From an uncultured virus (IMG/VR IMGVR_UViG_3300021399_000140) (lineage: Duplodnaviria; Heunggongvirae; Uroviricota; Caudoviricetes), in IMG/VR virus record IMGVR_UViG_3300021399_000140: DNA of 64,000 nucleotides. One strand, given 5' to 3'. A program made the position numbers and the translations under genes. This document shows positions 61,011 through 64,000 of this stretch, in pieces (the stretch's first letter is position 1; the number at the start of each line of letters is the position of its first letter). The notes below the pieces were generated by a model. The model saw nothing but the letters and a program-made list of their open reading frames with translations. It had not been told where the DNA came from and did not search any database.

Positions 61011-62687
61011 ATGACTATAAAAGATTTGACTTTGAAGCTAGAAGCAGTAAAGAAGAAAGCATTTGACAAGACAATTGCTCTTGTAGCTGGCTCTTACAAG
61101 CCACCACATGCTGCTCACTTCTTGATGGTATAGCATTATGCATAGATTGCAGACGAAGTAGTAGTTCTGATATCTGATCCTAAAGCTGTCAAGTCAATTC
61201 GCAAGACAAATCTTGGAACAGTCATAACACCATAGATGAGCAAGCAGATTTGGGATGTGTACATAAAGCGCTATGGCCTTAAGAATGTAGTTGCAGAAGT
61301 GTCAACTGAAGCATCTCCAATAACAGCAATGTTCAAATATGTAGATGACAATCTTTCAGATGTCAATGTGATATTTGGCGTCAGCAAGAAAGGTGGAGAT
61401 GAGCAACGATTCAAGTCAGCAATGAGATACTATGAAGACAATCCAAACATAAATCTTCTAGATCCAGTGAAGACTGCAGTTGAGCCATTTGCTAGTCCAA
61501 GTGGAGTTCCAATATCTGCTACAGACATAAGAAACAACATTGACAAGCCAGAAGTAATACGTCCAATGCTTCCAGACAAGCTTACAGACCAAGACATATA
61601 GAAGATAATGCAGATTCTTGGTGCAGCAAATGAAGATGTCAATGAAGACACTATGGTTGATGAGCTCATCCAAAAGAAGCTTCCTTTTGACAAGCTTGGA
61701 ATTGATGAAGATGAAGAGCTTCCATTGAACATAACAGATGAGGTGCTTGGTCAAGCAAAGATCTTATGCTACAATATTGGCTAGCAAGTAGTAGACCAAA
61801 AAGGAAAAGACATTCCAGTAAATCCAAAGAAGTTTCCAGACAAAGCGATTGACATAAAGTTCATAGCAGATGGCCATCAAGTTGAAGTATGGCTTGACAC
61901 TGAGTCAAAAGAGTGGATGTCATCTGTTGATGGAGTTTCTAGACTTTCATTAGAGCAATTTGGCCAATTCTTCTCTACTTAGTTCTACATGAAGCTAGCT
62001 AAGAAGCTTATAGAATGCTGGCCAATGTCTGATGAGCTTTATGGTGGACTTTTCTTAGGTGTAGCTAACAAGAAAGTGTCAGTCACTAACTAGCCAGCAT
62101 TGTCAGAAGATGAAGAGAATGACAAGAAGCGTGAAGAGCGACTTAAGCAGAAGAAGAAAGACAAAGAGAAAGCAGAACGCCGTTACTCTCCATCTGGACG
62201 AAAGCTCATAAAGTTTGGTGACATTGGCGTAATAATGTCATCAGCTAAGTTCTTTTGTTGGCCAGACAAGAAGAAGCTTTTCAGGTGGTCTACATGGAAA
62301 GATTGGAAGAAGATCAAGCCTATATGTCGCCTTCGCTTCAAGCATACAAATGGCAAAGAGTATGGAATGTCATTGTCATGCATTGGAGAGATGTATGAGC
62401 ACCGCGGCTTCAGAGGATATGACTTGACTACACAGCCAACACTTCAATGGTTGTCTAAAGATGAGATGCAAGACTTCATAAAGCTTTCAATTGTCCAGAA
62501 GTTCATATCACACTGCGCAAAAAGAATACAGGAAGCTTTAGACATTGACACAGATGAGATCTATGAGAAGATAAACAATCCTGACAAGATAACTAAAGTT
62601 GAGATTGAGAAGACCAAAGAGATGGTCAGAAAGACTTTGCAGTACATAATAAAGAAGAAGCAACTTGATGACTTTGTGTGGAAATGA
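61011..62687 (+). CDS. HIGH-superfamily (cytidylyl/adenylyl) transferase with C-terminal extra domains
   Basis: GSYKPPHAAH and ISATDIR; single frame to TGA. Confidence 0.8.
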
Positions 62688-62700
62688 CAAGGAATATAGC

Positions 62701-63615
62701 ATGAAGAATTTTCCAACATTTTTAGAGTTCTTGATGGAAGAGGTTGGCATTGCAAACAATGACATCTATCTTGCTAACATGGCAAAGTCATTTGGTGACA
62801 AAGCTTGGTTCTTGAAGTACATGCCAAAAGGCATAAATATGATTGTAGACTTTGGTGGTGGAGCAGGTGAGTTTGCAGAATACTGCATGAAGAAGACCGG
62901 TGATGCCATTCGATATGTAGTCATTGACAACAACCCATCATTCTTGACAGCGGCTAAAGCTAAAGGAATAATGTGCTATGAGTCACTTCAAGACTTGAGA
63001 AATGCAGAAGGAAAGAATCTTCTTTCTGCATTGCTAGTTCTGTCATCAGTCATACATGAAGTATATTCATACAAAGATCCTTTCTATGATGATGTTGGAG
63101 TTTTCTGGTCTGACATAAAGAAATGCCAATTCAAGGCAATTGCTATAAGAGACATGAGTGTAGCAGAAAATGCATTCAAGAACATTCCAGTTGAGGCTAC
63201 ATTATGGGTGTACTAGAATGTGTTCTGCTCAGACAAAATCACTTACAAAGGAAAGACATTCGCTGAGATAACTGCAAGCTTTGAAGAAGAGTGGGGTCCG
63301 CTTTGTGATTTATAGTTGCGAAAAATCAATGTCAAGCAGCTGTTCCATTTCTTGATTAAGTACAGATATCAAGACAATTGGGAAAGAGAAGTCAAAGAAG
63401 ACTATTTGCCTGTGACACAAGACAAGTTGCAGAAATGGCTTACATCATTCATGAACTATTCGCTTGTCCATAAAGAGTCAAGCCACCTTGACTTCTATGA
63501 TGATTGTTGGACAAAAGACTTCAAGCTTAATAGACCAGACAATGGAAACTACAAGAAGACATTTCAAGCTTGGCTTAAGACACTTTCAACACACATAAAA
63601 TGGCTTGCTGCATGA
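62701..63615 (+). CDS. Class I SAM-dependent methyltransferase
   Basis: IVDFGGGAG, VIDNN, LSSVIHEVYSY, IRD and WEREVKEDY. Confidence 0.82.
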
Positions 63616-63657
63616 TGAATATGGTTTTTCTAAGCGTAAGTAAATATATACACAGTT

Positions 63658-64000
63658 ATGGACATACATAAGATTTTTGAAGATGCAATGGTAGCAGCTG
63701 GTGCTGCTGGAGGAGATGTTGTAGCTCCTAGCGCTGGAATTGGAGCTAATGATGTCTTAGGTCATTGTGACCATAAAGCAGATGGATATCTTGGAAGTGG
63801 AGATCCTGCAGGCTGCTTCCATATTCCTGGAAAATGCAAAGTTCCATTTAGACGTCATGAGATATGCAATGGTGGTGGAAAGAAGAAGAAAAAGACTTTC
63901 TACGACAAAGGAATGACTATTGTCACTGATGCTGAGCTTGACAGACCAACATTGAAAGCATTGCATGAACTAAGTGAAGAAGAGATAGAAGATTTTGTAA
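63658..64000 (+). CDS. Hypothetical protein, 3'-truncated
   Basis: ATG after GTAAATA; open to the window end. Confidence 0.6.
   Translation, partial: MDIHKIFEDAMVAAGAAGGDVVAPSAGIGANDVLGHCDHKADGYLGSGDPAGCFHIPGKCKVPFRRHEICNGGGKKKKKTFYDKGMTIVTDAELDRPTLKALHELSEEEIEDFV

Noticed and set aside
120..63966. Numerous short antisense or alternate-frame ORFs in the supplied track
   Set aside because: They are shadows of long code-15 genes and lack motifs or start signals
1..64000. Mass pseudogenisation or sequencing error explaining the fragmented ORFs
   Set aside because: Breaks are exclusively in-frame TAG with no frameshifts, and they fall at conserved Gln positions in essential genes
1..64000. Assignment to Lak megaphages or crAss-like phages
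   Set aside because: Code 15 is shared, but gp20/gp43/gp55-type genes exclude crAss and nothing visible specifically identifies Lak; phylogeny is needed

Overview
AT-rich, gene-dense 64 kb segment of a large T4-like (jumbo/mega) dsDNA myophage that uses an alternative genetic code. TAG is read as Gln (code 15), so the supplied code-11 ORF track is shredded; re-reading TAG as Q joins the fragments into about 60 intact genes ending in TAA/TGA. Content in order: baseplate/tail-fibre-like structural genes (1-15.5 kb); metallophosphoesterase, RmlD and two secreted proteins; nrdD-nrdG; a host-envelope cassette (PEP-CTERM-like protein, LpxR-family lipid A deacylase, lipoprotein); two radical SAM genes; a minus-strand operon (RlmN/Cfr-like rSAM, flavoprotein, permuted N6-adenine MTase); a nucleotidyltransferase-kinase fusion; a sigma70-like factor; glycosyltransferases; two GroES-like genes; a replication/nucleotide-modification block (dUTPase, T4 alpha-glucosyltransferase homolog, DHH, PRTase, PolB, GuaC, NDT-family, HD, kinases, divergent ThyX-like); portal; a gp55-like late sigma factor; and a run of probable head-packaged enzymes. 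Three recurrent promoter motifs are visible by eye. No tRNA, CRISPR array or IS element was seen. All calls come from manual translation and motif recall, not database searches; CDS coordinates use code 15.
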